A DNA stretch of 62,688 nt, filler included, from Collodictyon triciliatum (lineage: Eukaryota): the NCBI GenBank assembly GCA_043381765.1. It is 37 parts of 37 records of this genome, joined end to end, with 100 filler letters (N's around TTAATTAATTAA, not from the genome) between each part and the next. Parts side by side here need not be neighbours in the genome. Positions count along the whole stretch, not along the records: positions 13,621 to 15,164 come from JBHJMP010010798.1; positions 15,265 to 16,808 come from JBHJMP010010799.1; positions 16,909 to 18,457 come from JBHJMP010010800.1; positions 18,558 to 20,100 come from JBHJMP010010801.1; positions 20,201 to 21,743 come from JBHJMP010010802.1; positions 21,844 to 23,385 come from JBHJMP010010803.1; positions 23,486 to 25,027 come from JBHJMP010010804.1; positions 25,128 to 26,668 come from JBHJMP010010805.1; 29 more parts are not named here. The stretch is one strand, 5' to 3'. Below the pieces are notes generated by a model. It was not told the DNA's origin. It ran no database searches and worked only from the letters and a program-made list of their open reading frames with translations. The translations under genes were made by a program, and so were the position numbers. Below are positions 14,361 to 25,549 of the stretch, piece by piece. The number at the start of each line of letters is the position of its first letter. The first letter of the stretch is position 1.

Positions 14361-15439
14361 AACATCGATTAGATGAAGGATTAATGAGTATTCAAAAATA
14401 TTGTTACAGTAAAATTTTAAAACAGGATATTGATAAGTGTGCAACCTTGAAGACATTTTTAGCTGAAATGGGAGTGTTTGAGCGAACGAAAAGAACTGAA
14501 AGGGCCAGTCGGTGATGAATACTGTTGTGTTTTCTTTTCTCGGGAAGCGATTCCGAGTTTGATGGCTGAGTCTTTCAACATTATAAAAGTCACGTCCTTT
14601 TCGTCGCACTTTCAGGCTTTCATTACATCTTGCAGTTTATTATACATATTCGTGCAGTTTGCGAAGGAAAGGATTTTTCATTATTTTCGTATAGGTAAAT
14701 GAAGCAGTCTTTTTCTCTCTGAAGAATTTACTCTATATTGCTTCCATTAATTGTGGTATCTCAGTCACTTATTATTGATTGAGAGTCTGCCTCCCGACGC
14801 AAGCTCGCCCTTCACATAATGCTCACGCCATTATAGTTCTAGTCTCGATGCGATTTCATCATGAATTCAATTGAATCTGTGGAGGTGTGACAATAAGTAA
14901 TAAAACAATATCCATAAACATTAAACAATACGAAAGAAAAGCAAACGAGAAAAGGAAAGAACTCAGTTTTGGCATCCCATATCATTTTTATAATAGGTTA
15001 TAATACAGATTGAAAATATTTACAATTTGTGGTATGTCGAATACTGCGTCATAAATTATCCGAAGTTTTGCAGCAGGAATACACGTCGTGCATCATCGGG
15101 AGATATCGCACCTGGCGCATTCGAGAATGTTCTGCCTTCCCAATCACCACACGAGCCACACACTNNNNNNNNNNNNNNNNNNNNNNNNNNNNNNNNNNNN
15201 NNNNNNNNTTAATTAATTAANNNNNNNNNNNNNNNNNNNNNNNNNNNNNNNNNNNNNNNNNNNNGAATAAAAAATGAATAAAAAATGAATAAAAAATGAA
15301 TAAAAAATGAATAAAAAATGAATAAAAAATGAATAAAAAATGAATAAAAAATGAATAAAAATGAATAAAAATGAATAAAAAATGAATAAAAAATGAATAA
15401 AAAATGAATAAAAAATGAATAAAAATGAATAAAAATGAA

Positions 15440-15640
15440 TATGCTACTTTTGAGATAGCATGTTCGATGACGGCGGTGAATGCGGATGTGCGTAGTGAGT
15501 GGATGAACCAGGTTGCGATTGTGAGTGATGTGGACTATGAGAAGAGCTCTCTGGGGCAGTGGATGACATGTTCAGATTCGAAAAGAACGGCATTGGTGAC
15601 GACGGAACAGCGGCTATCGTCCATTTATTTACGAAAGTGA
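15440..15640 (+). CDS. Probable terminal exon of an unidentified gene
   Basis: Coding-like frame ..TAVNADVRSEWMNQVAIVSDVDYEKSSLGQWMTCSDSKRTALVTTEQRLSSIYLRK* following a microsatellite intron. Confidence 0.35.
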   Translation, partial: YATFEIACSMTAVNADVRSEWMNQVAIVSDVDYEKSSLGQWMTCSDSKRTALVTTEQRLSSIYLRK

Positions 15641-16123
15641 TTATATTCAGTATTATGTATTGAAAAATGTGATAAACAGGTATTTCCTTAGTACATCGAA
15701 ATCCAAAAGCTTGCGAGATACTAAGTGACACATATAGAAGCCCAAGATTTTACAGGGAGCAATTTTTTGCAAAAGAATAATAATTATTAAAAAAAAAGAT
15801 ATTGGAACCATTTTCTCCTAAAACTGTTCATTTAATTGCATAAACTATAGATCTAAGAAAAATAAAAAAGCATTCCAAAATAGAAAACGATAATAGAAAA
15901 AAGGACAAAAAAAAAAGAAGTTATTTCAGTTGATTCAAATGAAAAAAAATCCGAAAAGATGAGACATGTAAAATAAGTAAATAATAAAACAACGGAGAAA
16001 AAAAAACAAACAATTCTTTTAAAAAATATTTTCTGAATATGTAGCGTAACGTCGTCATATGTAGATAGAAATATTTATTTTCTTCTTCATATGTATATTG
16101 AATGCTAATCAAACAGGAACTCA

Positions 16124-16296
16124 CGCGTGGCATTTGTCACGTCGGGCGTCATTGGATTCAGCGCGTAAGGCGTGAGTGGCGTGAGCGGAATCGCAGGCGA
16201 AGGCGCAGAGTAACCGTCTTCGGGATTTGAGGATCGGCGCGTGGGAGTTTGTCGCGTTGGTCGGCGGGACATTCTTTTCTCTGTCGATTTTAACTG
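16124..16296 (-). CDS. Probable exon of an unidentified gene (Pro/Thr/Ser-rich)
   Basis: LKSTEKRMSRRPTRQTPTRRSSNPEDGYSAPSPAIPLTPLTPYALNPMTPDVTNAT, bounded by tgcag and gtgagt, with locally raised GC. Confidence 0.35.
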
Positions 16297-16942
16297 CACA
16301 CAAGTATGATTACTACTTTATTATTCCGGTTGAATCCTCTTCTTTTCAGCAACACTTTCTCTATTTTCTCCTTCCTCGAAGAGTCGCTATGTATTTTTTT
16401 TTTTTTTAGAAATGAAGCTCATACGATTCGTTTTTGTTTGGAAGATCATTGCTTTTGGGTTTCAAGTTATGCTCTGCTTTGCAACCCAGCGATCATTTCT
16501 CTTTTTGCTTGACTGACTGATTTATTGATTGATTAATCAACTGTGGTTTTTTGTTGCTTTGATCAAAATAGTCATTTTGAACATTCGAATGTTTGAAAGC
16601 ATCAACCCATATAAAGGCAAATTCGGTAATCAAGGGCATAGGTAGTCCTCTAAATCTGGACACGAATGCATCCTTTTTTTTTGTTCGTGGCCAACCTTGA
16701 TAAAAATACAATACAATACAATACAATACAATACAATACAATACAATACAATACAATACAATACAATACAATACAATACAATACAATACAATACAATACA
16801 ATACAATANNNNNNNNNNNNNNNNNNNNNNNNNNNNNNNNNNNNNNNNNNNNTTAATTAATTAANNNNNNNNNNNNNNNNNNNNNNNNNNNNNNNNNNNN
16901 NNNNNNNNAAAAAAAAAGGAAAAAAAAGGAAATAAAAGAGAG

Positions 16943-16990
<48 letters not shown>

Positions 16991-17149
16991 ATAACACTGA
17001 TACTAACACTAATACCAATACTATTAAAAAAAGAAGAATTTTGGTAATACACATATAAAAAAATCTACGTAGTAATTATGTCTCTTAATATCAAACATAA
17101 GCAACACTATCTTTGACATGTCAAGCTGAGGATTAGGGAGGAAATAAAC

Positions 17150-18325
17150 CTTTGTAGCTGTCATCTTCCGCTGAGCGTGTTGCGCTGGTGGACGATGCAG
17201 CTGCTTGTGTTGGGTTAATTTTTTTTATTTTGTTATGCTAAGTTCCACTGATTTTATCCATCTAAGGTGTTCGTTTGAATTGTTGAGACTTACGTCGTGG
17301 GGCGACAGTCTCAGGTTTAGGAACGCCAGCAAGAGAGAAAAGTCTATCTCTTTCTGGGCGAATGCTTGCGACAGGGTCCAGCCTGAAGAATATGGTGGTC
17401 GACATGAATTTAGCAACAAAATTTGTGTTGATATACCAGAATGCCCGATTGATAAACAAAAACAAAAAAAACAAAAAAACAAAACAAAAAAAAAACAAAG
17501 TAAAAAAGAAGCCAATATCACATATATGTGTAATATTTCACTGTAACTACACAGATGTTTAGATTGCGTATTTATTGCAAGTAGATATATGAGTTTAATA
17601 TTCTGTATTTTTTCCAATATTCTGTATTTTTTTAATAAGTGATTGATTATATTTATTGTTAATGAACATGAGTTTTGTACCACGATGAATCAATGGAGCA
17701 GAGATAAAGCTCAATCCCCACCAATAATACATACCATTGCGTCCCTGACAGGATCATCAGGATGTCCTCATAAGACTCCTCAGACACGCATTGATCAAGA
17801 GTGAGTAATCTCAAGTAAAGCTGGTCAGCCGTGTGCTTCCGAACCTGCAACGATAATGAATGCCTTTGTAAGACACAAGCATTTAACAACCAATCGTTTA
17901 GCTATTGATGGTGTTGTTTTGATCTCTCTTCTGGTATGGAAAAAATATATTGGAATACCTTTGGGAATTTATGGCAGAGCAAAATGAAGAGTTGTTGTAG
18001 GCATGACGTTCGAATCGAGGTGAATATTAACAGACCTGATATACTTGAATACGCAAATTGATTTATTCGTCAGAGATGTTACCGATACGACCGGTAAGAA
18101 GCTTCGATAATTTGAATCGCATAAATGCACTTTCATCAAAGCGACTCATGGGTGTAGTAGATTATAGGAACTCAGGCTGACGACTGTGGAAAGAAATATA
18201 GGGCAGATAGATTGGTAATAATAACAAACACATTTGCTGCCACCATAAGTTTTGGGATGTCCTTTGAAGCTCTTATCTCCTCGCGTATACATGTGTAAAG
18301 CTGCCTCTCCATTTGTGGCTCTTCT
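17150..18325 (-). CDS. TBCD: Tubulin-folding cofactor D, C-terminal exons
   Basis: Exons give IREEIRASKDIPKLMVAAN, CLQQLFILLCHKFPK, VRKHTADQLYLRLLTLDQCVSEESYEDILMILSGTQW and IRPERDRLFSLAGVPKP. This matches the TBCD tail LLCH.FP.IRK.TA.Q.Y...LS.T.W...R.RL..L.GVP.P. Confidence 0.85.
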
Positions 18326-18591
18326 CTATATTTGTATGTATGTATGTATGTATGTATGTATGTATGTATGTATGTATGTATGTATGTATGTATGTATGTA
18401 TGTATGTATGTATGTATGTATGTATGTATGTATGTATGTACATTAATTTGTATGTATNNNNNNNNNNNNNNNNNNNNNNNNNNNNNNNNNNNNNNNNNNN
18501 NTTAATTAATTAANNNNNNNNNNNNNNNNNNNNNNNNNNNNNNNNNNNNNNNNNNNNTTCTTCTTCTTCTTCTTCTTCTTCTTCTTCTTCT

Positions 18592-18626
<35 letters not shown>

Positions 18627-18737
18627 TTCTTTGCCCTGTGCCTTAAACACTCTGGATATTATAACGCTTATTAAGGGGATAGCCGTACCATATGTTACAT
18701 ACGATTGTAAAAAACCCTTTCGATAACAACATCTCAG

Positions 18738-19822
18738 GACATGTCATTGAAAATGGGACGAAGAAAAACTACGGGCTGCATGGCCGCAGTAATGTTATTT
18801 CTTCAAATACCAGGATGTCTGTAATATTCATCTAATATACATATTCATTATTCGTACTTACGCGGGGCATCTTGAAAATACAGTCACTGATTCAGACCAC
18901 GTTCACGACTGCTGTAGGGGCCCAGATGGAGTTATACCGTACCAAATACACATAACAGATTATAGAGTAAGTATATACATGTCTTTATGGGCAATCTACT
19001 GATTATAGTTGATAACCCTACTTGAGTCTTGCGCATTTTGTTGAGTTTATTCAAGCTTTCTATTCAAATCTAGGAAAAAAGAACTACTGCGGTGAATCTT
19101 GATAAAACAGGAGGAGATTATTTTGTTTTAAAGACACGAGGATTTGATGAAGTTTTACACTCAACTTAATTATTTTTATACATATTTTTTTATTCATTTA
19201 TTTAAATATGCACTCCTTTGGGATTGAAACATTCTAACCAATAAATAGGAACCCATGATAACTTTTGAGACCTCGCTTTTAATAACTGACCAAGATGCCG
19301 AGGCAAATCCGACTCACTTAACCATTTCGATGACATTACTGTAAATTTCCGACCGCAGTCTTTAATTAATTGATTGTTATGACGTTATTCTAGGATAAGA
19401 TAAGAACGCTATTTCCTCGACTTTCAAACCAGGTAATTTTCCGTTCATCGTATTATTTTCTATTTAAACCGTGCTACTAAGGCAAAAAAAATCATTAATA
19501 TGTAATATTGTACTGAATCGCTCACATGAACAGAATTATTTAAGTATATGTGATTATAAATATCATCGAAATTGATTGCATACATATTTTCAATATGTCT
19601 TCTGCATTTTATATAATGCAAATTGATGTGATAAAATTCTTTTTTCCAACGATTTTTGTAATTTTGTGATATATAGCTGCGCATATTGAATTCTTTGGGT
19701 TAATACCCATGTTATGACTAGAAAATCAACAATGTTTCGTTGTCATTTTCAGGAGGCCATTCTTTGCTATGGAGAATTCAAGGCACACAGGCTCCAACTC
19801 AACAGAGATACACAACCTTGAT
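18738..19822 (+). CDS. 3' exons of an unidentified spliced gene
   Basis: Series of AG-bounded phase-0 segments: EKRTTAVNLDKTGGDYFVLKTRGFDE, EPMITFETSLLITDQDAE, DKIRTLFPRLSNQ, EAILCYGEFKAHRLQLNRDTQP*. Confidence 0.4.
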
Positions 19823-20069
19823 TCTTAATCATCATTTTTTATAGAAAAATTCTTTGGTTACAGCCCTTGATTTAATGAGATGTGTTCAAAAGAAAACAAA
19901 AGACAAAAAACAAAAAACAAAAAAACAAAATGGAAGACTTATGTCGTGGATTTTGCGGAATCGATGCATAAACGCACTAGGCGCACGTATTGAGAATATA
20001 TATATATATAATAATAATAATAAAAAAAAAAAAAAAAAAAAAAAAATTTTTAAAAAACAAAAAAAAAAA

Positions 20070-20100
<31 letters not shown>

Positions 20101-20200
20101 NNNNNNNNNNNNNNNNNNNNNNNNNNNNNNNNNNNNNNNNNNNNTTAATTAATTAANNNNNNNNNNNNNNNNNNNNNNNNNNNNNNNNNNNNNNNNNNNN

Positions 20201-20753
20201 GTCTGTGAAGAAGCCTTTGTCCTTTTTTATCTCCACGTGGGTCGGTCTGAACGGCTCCAGCTCCTCACGAAGGATTTGCGGCCACACGTCCAGCGGTAGT
20301 TGGTAGAGCATCACCGAGGTCTCTGTTGGTTTACTTCTGCTGAAGCTGATCGTAATATCGATCAAACTTACCTGCTTCAGCTCGAAATGCTTTCTGGCGT
20401 TTTCTGCAGTGTGGAAGGCAATCAGCCAAAGGCCTTCGCTTTCCAGTAAGCGCAATTGGATAGAATCTTGACAAAGTGTGTTCGCTTTCAAAAAGGAGGC
20501 GAGCGCATCTGTGAGTCTGCGGGTTTTGTGTTTTGTTGTAAACGATTTGCTTGACCCCCGAAAAAATACTGTCTGATCAGACAGACTTGCAGGCGGCTTC
20601 CTTGCACGGTTTTTCCTAGACTTACATACAAATCGGGGTTTTCCGCACCAGCTTTGGAACCAGTAGAGCTGGCTGTAACTTGCAAAGCCTTCGACGGGTC
20701 GCGGCTCGTTTTTCCATCAGGCGCGGGAAGCTTGATTGAAAATCAGACGCGGG
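20201..20753 (-). mobile_element. Non-LTR retrotransposon family A: 5' end and ORF1 (RRM-like), degenerate
   Basis: RRLTDALASFLKANTLCQDSIQLRLLESEGLWLIAFHTAENARKHFELKQVSLIDITISFSRSKPTETSVMLYQLPLDVWPQILREELEPF resembles L1/Tx1 ORF1 (V.LY.LP..V....L...L..F). A close DNA paralogue lies at 39895-40202. Confidence 0.7.
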
Positions 20754-21641
20754 CTTCGTAGCTTTCTTGATGAAAGACTTTGTTTTCGATTTTCGTGCAT
20801 GAGTTTGAAATTTTCTTTGAGATAGATTCATCACATTAATATGTTCGTGGGCATGGAAGTATCGAATGTACTGCGGTAATATTTGGTGATGCATGACAGA
20901 ATTTTAAGGACTTAACGCCAAGACACTCACATTTTCCTGGTCATTAATAAAAATTCTCTCCAAGCCCAAAATAGCGAAGCAAGCATTTACAAAACTCGGA
21001 ATCATAAAAATTTGTAATCAAACCAACTTTTAAATCAATCAGACCGGTTTTTAAAAAAAAATTGAGGGACAAAGATAACGCGTAGTCAAGTCTTGTAAAT
21101 CTATAGATAAATTGAAATCTATCAAATCAAGAATAAATTTACGCTGCATGGTGCATTAATGTGCTATGTAATTCTAAATGTTCGAGCTCTGAAAATCCGC
21201 CATATTACATAGGAATAATTTCGACTGTTGGATTTCCATATATTTCAAGAAAGTACGTTTCAATAGACTTTTCAAATTTTATAGCTTAATTTTAATTTTG
21301 TTTTTAAACTCTATGTTCATAAATTAACGAAAAAGTTAAAGATCTTACTATTAAATTCACCAGGTAGTTGAGTATCATCAAGAAAAAGGACTTTGTAGAA
21401 ATAATCATAATTTTCTGAAAATTCGCAATAAATCTACCAATATAACCAAAAAATGAATTTTACCAAATAAATCGTAACTAGATTCTACATATTCCATAAA
21501 AATATAAGCATGCAACAGAAAAATTGGTTGTGAGATAAAATAAGTGATTTAAGCTACAGTAATTCCTGAAAATATTTTGGTACTGTAACATTCATTTTGT
21601 TTCAAGAGAAGTCAATGTACTTTATTAATCGCATATTCCAG

Positions 21642-21743
21642 CCCGCGCCTGATTTTCAATCAAGCTTCCCGCGCCTGATTTTCAATCAAGCTTCCCGCGC
21701 CTGATTTTCAATCAAGCTTCCCGCGCCTGATGGAAAACACGAG
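21642..21743 (+). repeat. 26-bp tandem repeat (3 copies plus a partial) forming the 5' end of retroelement family A, followed by ORF1 ATG (MENT)
   Basis: CCCGCGCCTGATTTTCAATCAAGCTT x3, then CCCGCGCCTG-ATGGAAAACACGAG. The same unit occurs once plus a partial at 20717-20753 and 40165-40202. Confidence 0.85.
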
Positions 21744-21843
21744 NNNNNNNNNNNNNNNNNNNNNNNNNNNNNNNNNNNNNNNNNNNNTTAATTAATTAAN
21801 NNNNNNNNNNNNNNNNNNNNNNNNNNNNNNNNNNNNNNNNNNN

Positions 21844-22206
21844 AGGTTTCTTGACATATATATGTATGCCTTTGGTATTCCCTGGCGTCCAACACATATC
21901 GTTCGTAAATTCTGGTATACCCAGACGTTGTCCCAGCTCGTACGGTGTGCCAATAGTGGGTTCATCACAATCAATAACAACAATGTCAGAGTATTTCACA
22001 TAGACTGAGTAAACACGAGTAAGCAGCCTATTTTCCTCTGTAGACACACGCCCAGGACACCTTTTGCTTTTCTCTCGCCATTCAGCCAAATTATCCAAAG
22101 CCACGTTGTTCCTTTCTAAAACTGCTTTCTTCTTCCCTTCAACCACCTTATACCACGCATGTGCATACGGGATGCGGTTGACGATCAAGAACTCTCCAAT
22201 GTCCAT
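21844..22206 (-). CDS. Archaeo-eukaryotic primase (prim-pol) N-terminus, probable viral primase-helicase, 3'-truncated by contig end
   Basis: Intronless. IVVIDCD (hhhDhD motif I) and TPGNTKGIHIYV (T...KGhHhY motif II) are characteristic of AEP prim-pol domains. Confidence 0.75.
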
Positions 22207-22299
22207 ATTAATGCAGCTAGTTTGTTATTTGTATTTGCCCGCATATCTTTAAGCCGCAATTTGCGCACCATTTGTAAAATTCTTCTTTCCTCCCTCCCC

Positions 22300-22545
22300 C
22301 TTCAACCAACTATCAGAATTCTACGCAACTGTCCGACAACTATCAGAATGCCCTTTTTTTAAAATCCTTACTTCTTTATATGTCATTTATAAATATATCT
22401 ATTAACTAAATATACTTATTCTGATAGTCTGATAGTTATGATAGTTATTTTGAGATTGTAGTAGGAAAAGGAAATGAAAACAAGTTTTCAAAAATCCCTA
22501 CACAGAATGAATTCGAACTACTACTATCGAACTATAAGAAGGGGA
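22300..22545. promoter_or_regulatory. Intergenic region with direct and inverted AACTATCAGAAT-like repeats around an AT-rich core (putative origin or control region)
   Basis: CAACTATCAGAAT at 22307 and 22337; inverted ATTCTGATAG, TCTGATAGTT and ATGATAGTT at 22418-22446. Confidence 0.45.
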
Positions 22546-22577
22546 GAGGAGAGAGCAGAATTTTACAAAGGGGGCGC

Positions 22578-22742
22578 TCAATCAAAAATGACCTTGACCG
22601 GCCCTTCTATGATACCGTACATATGCGGCCCCTTCTTCTTCCTGCCCTTCTTCCTCAATGCCTCCAGCTTATCAAAGTATTCCTTTAGTTCTTCGAAAGT
22701 AGAAAAGAGCAATTCACCGTCCGTTGTATATAGTCGTAGCAT
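22578..22742 (-). CDS. Small basic hypothetical protein (54 aa), viral context
   Basis: ATG 16 nt after the ATPase stop; MLRLYTTDGELLFSTFEELKEYFDKLEALRKKGRKKKGPHMYGIIEGPVKVIFD*. Confidence 0.6.
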   Translation of the reverse strand: MLRLYTTDGELLFSTFEELKEYFDKLEALRKKGRKKKGPHMYGIIEGPVKVIFD

Positions 22743-22758
22743 ATCTAAGACTAGATAT

Positions 22759-23385
22759 TTAAAACAGGATCTCTTCCGCAAAGTTCTTGTAAGCTTTGAT
22801 TCTGCGGGGTACCATCAAGTTGACGTATAGAAAACAATAGGGGTCGGCGGTGGCAAAATCAAAGACCTGGTCAAATAGTTTCTGATCGAGGTTTGTCATT
22901 TCATTCAGGGCTTCCCGTTCGTGTTTGTTGTCGGTGTAAAAAGCAACGAGGTGGGAGGCGTTTTGCCTTACCTTGGGATTGAATAGCCTAATGGCGTGCC
23001 CCACCACTATCATGGAGAGCCTGTAGTGCCTGTGTTGTAACATTTTCTTGAGCAAAGTCTTACTAGGGCGTTCGAAGGCGGTGCCCAGGTCGTCTACCAC
23101 GAGAAGGTAAGCATTGTCCTTGAACTCGGGGTCACTAGTAATGTCTTTTGTGACTTGTTCAAAGATTTCCTCGTTAAAGTCCTCATACATGCGGCTCTTG
23201 TGAAATTTGACACCCTCGTAGCTCGAGTCGTGAATTTCTCCTCCGGAGATATTACTGGAGCAAAAATATACCTTGTCGAATATCTGGTGATACATTTCTC
23301 GCTTACCCAGCAAATTACTGATCAAGGTTGTTTTACCGCTAGCGACTTTCGCACTTATAAGCATCCAGAAGGGTCTATCACTCTT
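22759..23385 (-). CDS. A32-like (FtsK/HerA superfamily) DNA-packaging ATPase of virophage/Polinton-like virus type, 5'-truncated
   Basis: Intronless. PFWMLISAKVASGKTT (Walker A variant), IFDKVYFCS, LLVVDD (Walker B), QHRHYRLSMIVVGH (arginine-finger region), VRQNASHL, ATADPYCFLYVN..YKNF. Confidence 0.88.
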   Translation of the reverse strand, partial: KSDRPFWMLISAKVASGKTTLISNLLGKREMYHQIFDKVYFCSSNISGGEIHDSSYEGVKFHKSRMYEDFNEEIFEQVTKDITSDPEFKDNAYLLVVDDLGTAFERPSKTLLKKMLQHRHYRLSMIVVGHAIRLFNPKVRQNASHLVAFYTDNKHEREALNEMTNLDQKLFDQVFDFATADPYCFLYVNLMVPRRIKAYKNFAEEILF

Positions 23386-23498
23386 NNNNNNNNNNNNNNN
23401 NNNNNNNNNNNNNNNNNNNNNNNNNNNNNTTAATTAATTAANNNNNNNNNNNNNNNNNNNNNNNNNNNNNNNNNNNNNNNNNNNNTTAATAACAGACC

Positions 23499-23680
23499 AT
23501 GCGTTTCGGCGTTCTGTCATGGAACGCTAGGGGGATTAACGACCCCCACAGGCGGAAAGAGGTTTACAAGACAGCTCTTTTCACCCACGCGGATATCATC
23601 TGTCTTGAAGAGACGTGGCAGAGCCCTGTGACCCAATCTACTGACTTCGGGTGGAAGGGCCCTCAGCTATGGTCACCATC
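23499..23680 (+). mobile_element. Non-LTR retrotransposon ORF2 start (AP-endonuclease N-terminus), truncated
   Basis: MRFGVLSWNARGINDPHRRKEV...ADIICLEETW shows the SWN.RG and DII.LQET APE motifs. Confidence 0.85.
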
Positions 23681-24486
23681 ATTATCACCATCACAAGACA
23701 AACATGCAAACGATAGCTAGCGAATCAAAGCTAAAAACTATCCATACGCAAATCGAAAGGAGAATAAAGAGAAGATAAAAAAAACAAAGAAAAAAGGGAT
23801 ATCCAGAGACTTAGAATTGTACCAAATGAGTAGATGTTAAAAGAATAAACCGAAACCAACCGCATTGTGGCATTAACAACTACCCGAACTCATGGGCAAA
23901 TATAACACAAAGCACTTCACCGAATAATCACAGCAACTACAACACTGCAGATTCAACTAGTGAGAGTGCAATCATTCAAGGATATGAACAACCCTCACGC
24001 CAATTAATGATAAATAAAAAATACAGAATAAAGGCACGCAAAGCGAGCTCATGTAGCATTACAGCCCATCATTAGGCGCAAAAAGAAAAGAAAAAGAAAT
24101 GATTGTGTCCATGAAGCTGACATCGCGACTTGTAACCAAGCGAAAAATAAATCAATCAAATAAAAAAAAAAACGAATGGAAAACATACAGTCCCAGTAGC
24201 ACATGAATAATCAACGCATCATCATTCTTTTAACATATGATACCTATTCAAGGTCTATTATCAAACAAACAGGAGATGTGTCACATTTATCGGCATATGT
24301 TGGTAAAGTTAGGTTGATTTTTATATTCTTTTCATCCAGCCTCTGCGAACAAGCTAGCAATTGTCTGTATTCATTCAGTTCGATGGTCATTGTGATAGTA
24401 CTCACTTGTGCTTGCTTTTGTGGAAAGGGTGGTGTGAGGATGGATGAATAAGTTGGTTTGGTCGGAGTGGGTAACAGACGAGTGAG

Positions 24487-24927
24487 TTATTGGGTCAGCA
24501 TCTTCTCTGCATCAATCATTTGCTTTTCTGAAAGCTTTGTTTTGGAGTGGTCTGGACCATAAACGGTCTTGAAAGTCGTGTTGGCTTTTTGGTACATGTC
24601 GAAAGCCTCTTGATATTTCTTCTGGTTCATTAGTAGAATACCAATATTGAGGTATGACATTGCAACATCAGGATGTATTTCTTCAAAAAACTTGAGCTTG
24701 ATTTCGAGTGATTTTTTATGGTATTCAAGAGCTTCGTCATGCCTATAAAATAATAAGTTAGTTGATGATGTATGAAGCCAATAAAAATAAATACACTATA
24801 CTTTCCAAGGTCGTTGTAAACCATCGCAATCCCCATGTATGACTTTGCAACATCAGGATGTATTTCTTCAAAAAACTTGAGCTTGATTTCGAGTGATTTT
24901 TTATGGTATTCAAGAGCTTCGTCATGC
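24487..24927 (-). CDS. TPR protein (42-aa kinesin-light-chain/nephrocystin-type repeats), last two exons
   Basis: Exon 24927-24802 (126 nt) HDEALEYHKKSLEIKLKFFEEIHPDVAKSYMGIAMVYNDLG; terminal exon 24742-24487 HDEALEYHKKSLEIK...HPDVAMSYLNIG..YQEAFDMYQKA..VYGPDHSKT...TQ*. Confidence 0.9.
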
Positions 24928-24933
24928 CTATTA

Positions 24934-25027
<94 letters not shown>

Positions 25028-25236
25028 NNNNNNNNNNNNNNNNNNNNNNNNNNNNNNNNNNNNNNNNNNNNTTAATTAATTAANNNNNNNNNNNNNNNNN
25101 NNNNNNNNNNNNNNNNNNNNNNNNNNNGTTTGTTTGTTTGTTTGTTTGTTTGTTTGTTTGTTTGTTTGTTTGTTTGTTTGTTTGTTTGTTTGTTTGTTTG
25201 TTTGTTTGTTTGTTTGTTTGTTTTACTTTGACTATA

Positions 25237-25549
25237 GAATACCATGAGCGCATCCATGGAACATACTCTGGGTGGGAATGATTCTCTTTTCATTATGCCC
25301 AAGTCCCATTCATATAGTTCATCAATTGCATGTATCCCAATATCGCATATTTCAATACCGCTAGAAAATAATTTACTGTTTCCCAGAGAATACGATGACC
25401 TGCTCCTCCTTTATGCCGTCCAACATGAAATTATTCAAGGGTCGTACCAACTGAACCCCGACATTTCATTCCGCCACATCGATGGCTACATCAAGTACGA
25501 TTCAACACGCGCTGAAAAAAGTGCAGAAGCTGGCTCATCGACTGAATAA
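25237..25549 (+). CDS. Probable terminal exon of an unidentified gene
   Basis: Open frame of ~100 aa after an acceptor-like ctatag that follows a (GTTT)n intron; followed by AATAAA-rich sequence. Confidence 0.4.

Noticed and set aside
21642-21743. 26-bp repeats as a CRISPR array or as the terminus of the adjacent viral contig
   Set aside because: Head-to-tail with no spacers, they belong to retroelement family A, and an artificial linker separates them from the viral contig.
22741-22758. ATATCTA-AGAC-TAGATAT hairpin with TCTA ~13 nt upstream of the small ORF, reminiscent of the CroV/mavirus late promoter or the mimivirus hairpin rule
   Set aside because: A single 4-mer and a 7-bp AT-rich stem are too weak, and the primase upstream region lacks TCTA. 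Worth rechecking only on a complete element.
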